In this document: positions 38,046 to 49,316 of the stretch, one piece after another
Layout: every line of letters begins with the position of its first letter
How positions within the stretch are numbered: the stretch's first letter is position 1
Source of the DNA: Rhina ancylostomus
Lineage: Eukaryota
DNA: 64,000 nt
Assembly: GCA_030265395.1 (NCBI GenBank)
Contig: JARFYF010000061.1
Coordinates: forward strand, 13,016,653 to 13,080,652
Direction of reading: 5' to 3'
Position numbers and translations under genes: made by a program
Notes under the pieces: model-generated
Told to the model about the DNA's origin: nothing
What the model saw: the letters and a program-made list of their open reading frames with translations, nothing else
The model's database searches: none

Positions 38046-39139
38046 TATACGAGTTCCCACTGTGATCTTACTTCCAGTTTTAGCTGTTGTATTTTGTTCA
38101 GTCACAAAGCTTTCAGCATGCAGCCTCTTTTAGCTCTTTGCAAATTCCTGCTTGATTGTCCCAGTGGAAGGAATCTCAGCTAATTTGTCAGTCTCTCCTC
38201 TGCTGGAGATGACTGGTACTCATTTGCTCAACTGCCAAATGGCACAGTTAACTTCAGGAGAGTTAATTTGCAATTTACTGATCCATATTAGATCAACAAT
38301 ATGCTAATCCACCAATAAATTGAATCCAATGGTCTTGCTACTCCAACTGGAGCAGAAATAATAAATGACTGCTCTTATCCAATGAAGCCCAAGGCCATTG
38401 AATGTGATTAAAATCACCCTATACAGACTATATTCTAAGAGATGAAATCTGACTCAGTATCACACCATCACACAAACCAGCCTCCCCTTCACTGACTCGA
38501 GCAGAAGATATAAAAGCTNNNNNNNNNNNNNNNNNNNNNNNNNNNNNNNNNNNNNNNNNNNNNNNNNNNNNNNNNNNNNNNNNNNNNNNNNNNNNNNNNN
38601 NNNNNNNNNNNNNNNNNNGGTGGACGTGAACAGGATTTATATCTGTAATTTGACAGTCATATCCTTTTAATACTTTTAGTATGTGGGAGGGGAGAACAAT
38701 ACTAATATTAAAAGTGAGATCAAATTAAGGGTGCTCCTGATGAATCTTAAATCAGCGAAGGCAGATTTAGGATCTATCAGGACCAACAGCAGAGGCCCAG
38801 TTAGAGTAATTGAAGGCTGATGTTGCTGATCCATTACAGCAGACGCTGCAGAGGATCTGAAACCACAGAAAAGATCATCGCCGCTACAGAGCTGATGGCA
38901 AAGCAGGGAGAGAGACTGGGTCGTATTAATGATTCATTTACAGCGACAATCCCAAACCTGAAATGATTACAGCAGCAACTGGAGTGATGGGAATGTGCTG
39001 CTGAAGGCAGTGTGCTGGGGGAGGAAATTACAGAAATTTAATTAACAGACCAGGAAAGAAACTCTGGAACTTTCACTAGTTGGTCCCTTGTGGCGCTGTT
39101 CAGAGAGACATCGGGGAAGTTTTCTTCCAGCAATATATC

Positions 39140-39835
39140 ACCCACCTTCCTGTCTCTAATTCCTTCAGCTTCACTCTCTCTGTCACTGTCTTGTTCATGC
39201 TCTCTGATTTGGTTCCTGCCTGCATCTCCTTCTCTGAATGGACCTCGTTTCCTCTCACACTCTCACTCAATCTCTCTTTCCCTCTATTTCTATCTGTCAG
39301 TGTCTCAGCTACACTTTGATCCTCTCTCTTCCTTAGTCTTTGGCTCTCTCTCATTCTCTGACCCTCTTTATCTCTTGTCCTCTGACTCTCTGCCTCTGTG
39401 TGTGTGTGTGTCTCTCTCTCTCTCTCTCCTCTGTCTGTCTCTCTTTCTGTCTGTGTCCCTCTCTTACTTGTTTTCTCTGCCCCTCTTTCTTTCCTGTTTT
39501 CTCTGCCTCTCTCTTTCCCTTTCTCTGTTCCTCTCTCATTCTCTCTCTCTCTCTCTCTCTTTTTTCTCTCTCCCTCTGCCTCTCTTTCTCCCTCTTGTTT
39601 TCTCTGCTTCTTTCTTTCTCTCCCTCTCGGTCTGTCTGTTCCTCTCTCTCCTGTTCTCTGTCTTTGTCTGTGTCTCTTTTTTTCTCTCTGTGTCTGTCTC
39701 TTTCTCTCAGCCTCTGTTTCCTTTCCCTTGTTTTCGCTGCCTCTCTTTATTTCTCTCCCTCTTTCTGTCTGCTCCTCTCTCTCTCTCTCTCACCCTCTCT
39801 CTCACATGCTTTCTTTTGTTCTCTCCATCTCTCAC
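39140..39835. repeat. Degenerate (CT)n polypyrimidine tract, ~700 bp
   Basis: Almost pure C/T on plus strand with short (GT)n; source of spurious Leu/Ser ORFs. Confidence 0.95.
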
Positions 39836-40099
39836 CCATGTGCTGGGGATTATAAATATTTTCTGCTTTAGTGTCCAAGTCTTCCTTTGTTTCTAATTCC
39901 TGAGGTTTGATAGACCCTTCCCTCCCCGGTCCTCTCCATGATGCCTCAGTAAAATTTGCTGTTTATGACGACCAGGCACGAATTCCCTGTTCCACGGAAT
40001 GGCTATACAACAGAGTACAGCAGAGGTGGGCAGCACAGAGCGACAGAGACAGTGAGGTTTAGGAGCTTGAAGGACCTGGGCTTCCGAGTGAGTGGAGGT

Positions 40100-40920
40100 C
40101 AGCTGATCCCGGGTGAAGACAGGAAGGGTCAGAATTGGCACACAATATCGCAGAGGACCCAAGTGCAGAACCTTGGTACGAGACTGGAGTCAGGATGCTT
40201 CCTCAGAACCGAACACAGGCAGCGACCAGAAGGAATCTTGCCTCAGGGTTCTGAGACGGAGTCCCGACACAGAAACAGGATTTTCAAGGAGATACAGTGA
40301 AACCAACACCACTCTAGAGTTGAAAGCTCCAAGCAGCCACGACACAAAGGATACCCTGAGGTGGACCAATACTCTGGCAACTAGTGCCAGTGAAACCAGG
40401 GCTCTTATGCTCGTCTCCTGATGGGGCTGAGGAGCGTGTCGTTATGCGATCCATGTGCTGCACAACGAGGCACCATCAATGGGGCCAAATTGAGGGCCAG
40501 CACTCGGAACCATGACAGGAATGGACGAACACGAGGGATGGGCAAGAGTGGACTTGGGATGTGACAGCTGGGGTGAATGTGTAACTACTGAGGAAAGGCG
40601 GTGGACTAAATTAGCTGGTTGCTTTGTCGTGAATGAAAATGTCTTCACAGCAGAGGATGGGGAGGACATTCCCCGGACATTGATCGCACTGGAACACTCC
40701 AGACCCGAGGAAGGCTTGGATCGGCGGGGGTTCTTTTCTCCACAACCGAGGAGGCCGTTGAAGGACCCAGTAAACGGCAAAGGGCTTTTTACCCTCAGCA
40801 GAGGGTCAAAAACCAGGGACCACAGACTTAACATAGTTGGTGGAAGGATGAGAGACGGGGAAACACGTTGGGGGTCTGGAACCCTGGCCTGAAAGGGTGG
40901 GAGAGGCAAGACCCCTCCCC
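40100..40920 (+). mobile_element. Highly decayed, deletion-rich CR1 remnant, CpG-rich
   Basis: EEGLDRRGFFS..RR..D.VNGKGLF.LSRGSKTRDHRLNIVGGR resembles the CR1 ORF2 C-terminus. Confidence 0.6.
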
Positions 40921-40959
40921 ATGGTTAAACAGTACATGGGAGTTCGCTCAAAGCTCCAT

Positions 40960-41545
40960 TACAACAACACCTAGACTTCCTCAGAAGGCCAAGGAAATTC
41001 AGCACGTCCCCGATGACTCTTGGCAATTTTTACAGATGCACCATAGAAAGCATCCAATCAGGATGCACCACGGCTTGGTACGGCAACTGCTCGGCCCCAG
41101 ACCGCAAGAAATTGCAGGGAGTTGCAGACAGCCCAGTCCATCACACAAACCAGTATCCCCTCCACTGACTCCATCTACACTTCCTGCTGCCTCGGGAAAG
41201 CAGCCCTCCCACCCTGGACGTTCTCTCTTCTCCCCCGGCATCAGAAAGAAGATATAAAAGCTTGAGAGCATGTACCACCAGGCTCAAGGACAGCTTCTAT
41301 CCTAGTTATCAGACTCTTGCACGGGCCTCTCATACACTAAAAGATGAACTCGTGATCTCTCAATCTACCTCATTGTGGCCCTTGCATTTTATTTGTCTAC
41401 CTGCGCTGCACTTCCTCTGTAACACCACGTTCTGTTTTCTTTTTACTGCCCCAATATAATTATGTATGGAATGACCTGTCTGGATGGCACATAAAACAAA
41501 AACTTTTCACTGCATCTTAGTACGTGTGACAATATTAATAAACTA
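40960..41545 (+). mobile_element. Rex/Babar-type LINE 3' end
   Basis: caatttttacagatgcaccatagaaagcatcc...ggtacggcaactgctc; same family as 23995-24610. Confidence 0.85.
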
Positions 41546-41554
41546 TCCAGTCTA

Positions 41555-41725
41555 TTTGTGCTGGGTCATTATCGTTCTGCTATTCTGCCATTGATGGAAG
41601 ACTGTTGCATACAAATTGGCAGCTGTGTTTTTGATATTACAACAGTGACTACACTTTGAAAGTACATCACTGGTTGTAAAGTGTTTTGTGATATTCTGAA
41701 ACGGATTACAGCATACAATCTTCCT
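41555..41725 (+). mobile_element. DeuSINE 3' part
   Basis: caaattggcagctgtgttt...attacaacagtgactacactttgaaagtac. Confidence 0.65.
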
Positions 41726-42199
41726 TAACGTTTCCTCACTGGAGGCCTGCATGGACATCGCAGCAGCTGCATGCTGAAGGAGTACCAGCTGGTGTGTGTG
41801 CAGCAGTGCAAGAAATGCTTCAAACCAACTGTGCAGATGGCACAATATCTACTTGCAGTGCTTATGTGGATTGATACTCTCAAGTTCAACATAATGGAAG
41901 GCAAATCAGTGACATGAGTGGGATAATTTGATTTTAGACGTTCCAGGATTTTTTTTACAAGCTTTCTGACTTGCTCCATTAATTCCTCTGTCAGACCAGG
42001 TACAGTGGTTACTCACTACATTGGTGTGGGAAGATTTACAGCAGATGCTATTACTGAACCAGGCATTATTAGGAATTACACTGTGCCTGTTCTCAAGTCC
42101 ATGTTCCATCCATGTGTGCTTTTTATTGAAAAATATGGCATTTTATACAGCAGTGGCTATCTCCCCTTTTGTATCTTACACAGTAATCGGCTGCTCATC

Positions 42200-42525
42200 T
42201 GCTTCCATGAGGATTTAAAAGATTCTTTTGTTTATAACTTGCTTGTTGTCCAGGGAACATCGGTAGATAACTGGAAGTTAAAATCAAACTATCTGTACAC
42301 TGGGGTGAGGTGAGAAATCATTTTCACGGTGTTGTTAGAGCATGGAATGTTTACCAAAGGGAGTAGTGGAGACACAGCCCATTGCATCTTTTAAGGGAAG
42401 TGTCAATAAAGCTGTGAAGCAGAGAAAGCCTGGGACCTGGGGAGAGAGCAGGGCATTCAAATTAAATATGAGTTGCTTTAGCAGAGACAGATTGGTCAAA
42501 TTGTCTTTGTGCTGTAAAGCTCAGT
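42200..42525 (+). mobile_element. Old CR1 3' end
   Basis: gagaaatcattttcacg...gcatggaatgtttaccaaagggagtagtggag. Confidence 0.55.
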
Positions 42526-42714
42526 GTTGGTATATGTGTGTGTGTCTATCCATACAGCTCATTGAAACCTTTTTTTTATTTAAGTCTGGTATCTTAATAC
42601 TAAGGAGTAAGTACTCAGGGATTTGAGGGGGTTAATTTCTTGAGGTACTTGCATTCACTGGGAAGTTGTGCATTTGTTTTGGTTTTCAAGAGTAGATAAA
42701 AGTTGATTAATATA

Positions 42715-42865
42715 AGTTGTAACACTTTATTCTGCATCCTGTTATTGTTTTACCTTGTATTACCTCAATGCATTGTTTTAATGAATTGATCTGTATGAAC
42801 ATTATGCAAGAGAAGATTTTCACTGTACCTTGGTACTTGTGACAATGATAAACCAATTTACTAAT
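42715..42865 (+). mobile_element. Rex/Babar-type 3' tail
   Basis: Very similar to 24485-24610 (gtaacactttattctgcat...ttttcactgtaccttggta). Confidence 0.75.
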
Positions 42866-43659
42866 TTATTTTATTAGAATTGTTGCCAGTTTCTATTATG
42901 TGACTTATAGACTGGAACTTTCTGCACTTTTCCACTAATCTAGCTGCTATGTCCATTATTTACCTTCAAAGCATCTTCCAGTGGTAATTTCCACAGATCC
43001 AGGTTTAGCTGGCTGTCAAAATATTCCAAATGATTCTGATGTGTTCCAGAACCATTCAACGGGACTCCACAACCATTAAAAATGAATTAAGAATTATTAC
43101 ATAAGAAAACCAAAACACACTTGAGAAACAGGAAAATTAAAAAGTCAGTTAATTCAAGAATAAATATAAATTGCTTAGTGTCACACAAATGTTCCCCTCC
43201 ATTGAAATCACAGGGTTTGCCGTAACTTTCTGCAGTTGATTCTGTAGGCAGGTTCTCCATTGCTGGACAGTCTGTTGTAGAAGTTTCGTGCTTCCTCCCT
43301 GGACTCCATAGTAGCGCACCAGCAGAATGTAGTCAGAATGATAGGAGCAACCGGCTGTCAGATTGGAAACCTGGAACTTTTTGTACTTACATTTGGGAGG
43401 GTTAGGTTGCGGATGGGAAATGCTGGCAGATTCATGTGGAATTGTTAGCATTTTTCAGGAAAATCTGGACCAATGATAACACAGCAATGACCTGTGGGCA
43501 GCCATACTTCCATCGATAAAATTGTGATCCAGGCTGTGGGCCAGATTTGAGATTTTAATTACTTTCCACCATTTCACCTTTGGACTTGCATGTTTTATGT
43601 GATACTCATTCATACACAGCACAATAATGCTTTCGCCTGGAGGTATCCAAATATGCATT

Positions 43660-43940
43660 GGGGTATACAGTTGGTTGTTACTCGACTAGCAATCCAAAGG
43701 CTTGATCTGGAGAGAGGAGTTCAAATCCCATTACAGCCACTGGGGAATTTAAATTTGGTTAAGTAAATCAGAAATGGTAAAAAAAAATTCAGTGATAATG
43801 ACCATGGCACTACTGGTTTTGTTAACCTCCAATTGATTCTCTCGAGTTGTTTAAGAAAGGAAACCTGCTATCCTTATTTTCCAGCCCTCACTCTTAGTGG
43901 TCTAGCTAGGCATGCAGTTCAAGGACAATTATTGAAGGGT
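43660..43940 (+). mobile_element. tRNA-derived SINE
   Basis: gactagcaatcca...gagttcaaatccca...gaatttaaatt; same family as 5003-5196. Confidence 0.6.
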
Positions 43941-45479
43941 GTACTATTGCTCAATGGTAGTCAACTTACAGCAATTGCAATGTTTTTCTTTATAAGTATG
44001 TGTTCTCTGTGACCCATTCACTTCTGAAAAAACCTCAGACCTTTGCTGAAATTTGTGCATCTGTGACATGCTCACAAACCTGTACTGCTTTTACTGTATT
44101 TGGAAAGCTATCCAGTTTGATTATAGAATTTATTGTTAAATCTAAAAAAAAGTGTCTGTTGGAAGTGACCAGATATAGCAGAAATAAGTTGCAGTGTTCC
44201 TACGATCCTTGAGGATTTTTTTGGTTTGTAGCCTGTCTGAAGTTCCACTTAGGATTTGTTTGTTGATTGTCTAATTTTGCATGCATGCCCCTCAAGTTTT
44301 GCTGAACTATATTCAATATACTTGCTCCTTTTGGGGTGGGGACAGTGTTTAAGTTACCCGTCATCTCCCTCACAGCCCCCCAAGACTAGGAATTTGATGG
44401 TTCTTCTGTGCCAGATTTTCTTTCCACTTTATATAAACACGTGCAGAACTCCTGTTTTACAACCAAATATCAGTGGAAAATCCCACTTCCTGAGATCCAG
44501 GGATAAGAGTTTGGGCAGTTGTGATTAAAATAAAGCAGAGTGGGAAAGTGGAGGTGAGATGTCAGGATATCTGATTAAATGCTGACTGGGCCTGAGGAAC
44601 CCAACAGTCTACGCCTCTCATCCTTGTGTTCTTAGCTGTGATTTTCTGCTTTTTTTTCCCCTTGAAGTTTCTTCTATCCTGAAAGCAATGAATGATTCCA
44701 ATATGGTTTCAGCAGTCTCCTGGATCCTTCAGCACCTCATTGGAGGTTGTTCATCACATGGAGTGAGTGTCGGAAGGCTGTGTGGGTGGAAGCATTGCAC
44801 TCCTAGAGCCCAGTCTGCATCTATTTAGAATTCAGCAAGAGTGGCCGGGCATTGAAAGGCTATGGGAGGGTGAAGCTCCTCACCTTGGGGGCAGTGGGTT
44901 TTGCTGGGTTAGTCATTCTCTGTGATCCTATCTCATCTGTACAGTGCAGTTTTAGCTCAGACCAAGGATAGACTCTGTCCTTCTCAAACCCTGGTGATGG
45001 TAGATGGCCCCATTGTATTGAGCAGTATTTGAGTGATTCAATTTACAAACTCCAGTGATTCAGTATCTTTCCTTCATTGTGTCCTGCTGTTACCCAAAAC
45101 CTGGAGAATGATGCTGCACACCATGGATGTTATAGTTCTTTAGGTACAGCCCACAAGTCCTGAAGTGATATCATAGACACGTGATTGTTTTACATTATTT
45201 TCCTCAAAAAAATTAAGACTTAATTTTTAAAGAAAAACACTTTTGTTAGTCAATAATAATGGTCTGGAATTTCTGCTAAACACTCCCCTAACTACTGCAG
45301 GACCCAGGCTGAACCGGCTGTCAAAGTTGACATTCACAAACACCCAAGAACTAAACACAATATCACAAGATTAAGATGCAAATTCTAGAAAGCACAAATT
45401 TAACTTAAAGTTGTAAATTACTTGTCAAGTTAACGCTTCCCTTGCAGGCATTGCATTCCAATGAAATACATATGCTGCA

Positions 45480-45730
45480 TGGCACGCTGGTGCATTTAGT
45501 AGTCAGCTGCCTCACAGCTCCAGCGACCAGGTTCAATCCTGACTGCGGGTGCTGTCTGTGTGGAGTTTGCTTGATCACAAGATTTCCCAATCCCAAAAGA
45601 CATGGACAACAGTAAATACACCCTGGTGTGTATGTGGGTGGTAGAATAGGTTACAGTGAAAATTAGTCACAGAATTCTCTGTGAGTTGGCATGGACTCCA
45701 AGGGCCAAAATAGTTCCCTCTTATGTCTGT
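45480..45730 (+). mobile_element. V-SINE, internally deleted
   Basis: gctgcctcacagctccagcgaccaggttcaatcctgac...gctgtctgtgtggagtttgc. Confidence 0.75.
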
Positions 45731-46139
45731 GAGAAAATAATGGATCTGCACTAGGTTTAACCTGATGCAGGTTCTCCAATGTAACTGCTGGAAAATGAAT
45801 TAGACTCCATTAGTACTCCAGCAGAGGGGTGTGGGGCACTTGGCAGAACTGATCAGTTCTGCAGATGTTCAGGACCAGAAGTCCTGAACTCCCTGCGAGC
45901 TGAAGGTTCAAAACCTGACAGGTTTTTGCAGTAATTTTAAGCCATTTAGATATATTACTAAAATGACTGTGAACTTGTAAGTTAGGATTTCACTCATTGA
46001 CTGGTGAACAGTATTTCTAGGTATTGTGACAAACAGTACTCATTTTGAGACAATTTATACCTGCTGTACTTGAACTCTGGAAATGGAAACTGTGGAATAT
46101 TTACACATGGAAGGATATTAATTTGCAGAGAAATAGAGA

Positions 46140-47997
46140 ATGGAATATTCTGTTGGATTCTTTTATTTTGACTTTACATGCGGTGTTAAAAACAAAATGT
46201 ATGTTATGTACACTTCCACAGTACAAGTTTACAAGGATTTTCTATACATGTTACTTCATAGGACATTATACAACAACAACAATCTTTTATTTTAAAAAGA
46301 GTTAGCTTGCCAATGTACCATAAAGAGATACGACCTGGGTTTACCTTAACACAAATGGAGAAAGTAGTTGGTGAATTTACTGTAAAGGCAATACAGGAAG
46401 TTAAAAATGGCAACATAAAATTGAGCAAGTGCTCAAGTAGCAATTTACAGTGCAGCATTGTTTAAGTGATCTGGGCTCTTTTTACCTCTTTTATAGCCAG
46501 TATGGGTACAAAATCACTATTTAAAATTTTTAATAGTATTGAAATAATTGTAGCAGTTTGTTCATTGGCTGGAAAGGATTCTACAGCATCATGTAGATTT
46601 GGTTATGGTGAATTAATTATTCCACATTATCCGTAATACCTTTATGCAGTTAGTATTTAAGCCATGCAGCTCGACTCGCCTGATCAACGTCAGTAAGAAG
46701 AATGGGTTACCTGTGCATGTTGGTGCCTTGACATTGTCTTAAATGTGGTACACCAGTTAACCTTTGTTCTTGTCAAAAACTGCAGTGGAATGTTTCCCAA
46801 CATTGGGGTGTAACCATATATTCATCAATCTTTTCTCTCCCCACTTATTTAAATGGCTGCAAGTAGCCTTTATATCTTAGGCCGTGATTTGATCTATTTC
46901 ATTTTATACAAAACCATTTAAAAATAAAATACAACTGGCACACTGGAAAGCAGCTTCTCTGTTTGAGAACACTTGACAAGAATTCAATATCGATGATAAT
47001 GCTTATTGAATAAGGCACAAAATGCACAGAATCCAGGTGAACACAGATACGCTATTTACAGAACATTGTCATTACCTGCATGACTCTTCTGGATGCCCCA
47101 CCAATCACATTTAACACTCCTTAACAAAGTGATTGCACTATCCTTTATCTTGTGTACTGCCCATCTCTGTGGCAGGGCAGCTCCTTGTCTACAGACTGTA
47201 CGATAAACTGACTGTATGAATTTACAGTAAATGGTGCAAGTGTAGAATGGAATGGATGTCACATTTGATTAAGCTACATGGACACTATTCCAAAGGTCCA
47301 TGGTTGTAGACAGGTAGCTGCACTCAACACAGTGATATGGTCCAAGTAAATTTGCAGGAGGACAGGTTCAGGTCATTTTCGTCGTGCTCAGTATATCAGG
47401 CAACACAGCTTAACAGCTGCCACAAGAACCATTAAGTGCATCCTAGTCTGTGTAGTTCACACAGCACTTATCTGTGACCTTCACAGGGAATGCCACAAAG
47501 TATTTGTCCTTGCTACAATTGGGCTAGAGTGGCAAGTTGTCAAACCAAAAGCACATTTGTTGAAATCAAAATTTTTATGAAAAGTCATTAAACATCTGTG
47601 CAAGCAACAAGACAAATGCATGTACTGTCATTAATACCGTTCACATTTAACGGGGAGACAATGCTCAACAGCAGTGAGAATGGAACCATTGTTCAAGTAT
47701 TTCCTTCTACTTGGATGCAAAAATCACAGGATAACTTCCATGTTGCTCTTCTCCAAGGCTCCAAATCTTAACAGTAACATTTTGTATTACATAGCATCTT
47801 CTTTGCCCAGCAGGAGAACAGTCCTGCTTTCAGTCTTGCTGAAAGATGCAACTTGAGGAAACATAGCTACTTTGGCCACTTGTTCTGTGTGTTTATCAGA
47901 GCATTATCACTGGTAGTTTCAAGCAACATTGATCTTAAATGTCCTCCCACATCACATTTAGCTGAGATACAGAAGTTGCTCGTAGCTGCTCGTCCTG
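46140..47997 (-). other. SEMA6D: Probable SEMA6D 3'UTR
   Basis: Repeat-free AU-rich sequence after the stop, with AATAAA (minus strand) at 46286-46291 and 46162-46167, plus miRNA-seed and Pumilio motifs. The 3' end is inferred. Confidence 0.65.
46162..46167 (-). promoter_or_regulatory. Candidate SEMA6D polyadenylation signal AATAAA
   Basis: tttatt on plus strand at the distal end of the UTR-like block; alternative hexamer at 46286-46291. Confidence 0.5.
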
Positions 47998-49316
47998 TTA
48001 GTAACTGTACTTCTGTAATGGTTTGACCGGAGTTGTGGGTTGACCGAAGGATGGCTTTGGTGGCACATCTGGTTTAATGGATGGTGTTCTCTTTATTCCT
48101 GACCGAGGCAGCGTCCCATTGCTGGTGTAACTGCTCTGGCGGGACAATGAGCCAGGTTGTGGTTGAATAACAAGAGGAGTCCCGTGTACAGAATCCATCC
48201 TCATGGGCGGTGCTGGGGGAAAATATCCTCCCCTATTAAAACTGGGATGCCGTGACAACACAGCTCCATTCAATGAACTGATAACATTTTTAGGGAGCAC
48301 AGATATTGAGTGCCTCTGTGAAGAATTTCGGGGATAGCCTCGTTCTCTCTCTCTCTCTAAACTTGACAGTTGTATATTAGAGGTTGAGGGAACGTCCACG
48401 CGCTTAGTTGGGCTGTGTCTCGGGAGGGTAGAAGAAGGAGAATAGAGTGAAGCCTCTCTGTTCGGAACCTTGGGAGGTACTTCCACTATTTTGGTCATTG
48501 GTTCTAACATTATATTTTGACGAGTCATAGGGATGTCCCCCAAGATAGCTTTAGAACTGGTTCCACTTTCATTGAGATGTTTCAGGAGGTCATTTAATGT
48601 GTTTCTTGCTTCAACAGCTCTTTGCTGTTCTTTTTTACCAGAATGGCCAGTAATCGACATTTCTATATTTTGCACCTTCCTTTCAGCCTTGTGGGCATTA
48701 GAATTTGAGAAAGACATGTTGTAGGCATGGGTTGCATTGGGAAGTACCACAGCACTGGGTATCTGGCTATTGTGGTTTATGGGGGAATGGGAAGATGGAC
48801 TTGATGGAATAATCTGGGGGCTTTTTAAAGGTGATTCCTTTCTTGTCGCATTAATGTTGTTCTGGGCTTTCTCCCACTGGTTCTTAATGGGTTGAATGCT
48901 TTTCTGATGAAGTACGGGTGTAGACTCGGGTGTTGGCAAGGCTGCCAGTTCAGGAGGTTGTCCGTGGCTATCTACGATCATGGTCTTTGCATCACTGCTG
49001 GGTGGCAGCTCTTTACCATTAGATAGCAGATTTGTGTAAAGCTTGGGTGTGTCGATGCTTTGTGGGTACTCCTTGACTGGACTATCAAATAGTCCATTAA
49101 ATTTTGTGAAACTTCCACTTGAGTCAGTGCAGGACTGCGCAGATTCTGCATCCTTGTTCATCTTTCTGGCCTTGCGCAAGTAGGTATCGCGGTGACAGTA
49201 CACAGCCACACCAGAAATGAAGGCTCCCAGAACAAAAGCAGCCAAAACACAGGTGATCAGCACATTCATGTGAACCATTTGGTTTGCATCTCCGGATTGC
49301 ACTTCCCATCGAACTC
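47998..49316 (-). CDS. SEMA6D: SEMA6D last coding exon: TM helix and Pro/Ser-rich cytoplasmic tail
   Basis: ttttgctccag|GA then VRWEVQSGDANQMVHMNVLITCVLAAFVLGAFISGVAVYC, PPELAALPTPESTPVLHQK, KRTPSIKPDVPPKP, ending KYSY*. Stop at 47998-48000. Confidence 0.98.

Noticed and set aside
39090-39896. 268-aa Leu/Ser-rich ORF and overlapping ORFs
   Set aside because: Translation of the CT low-complexity tract, which lacks stop codons by composition.
40512-40892. 126-aa ORF as a possible gene
   Set aside because: Its C-terminal half is CR1 ORF2 C-terminal sequence.
42910-43471. Possible DNA-transposon terminal inverted repeats (gactggaacttt / aaaatctggacc)
   Set aside because: The match is short and imperfect, with no clear target-site duplication.
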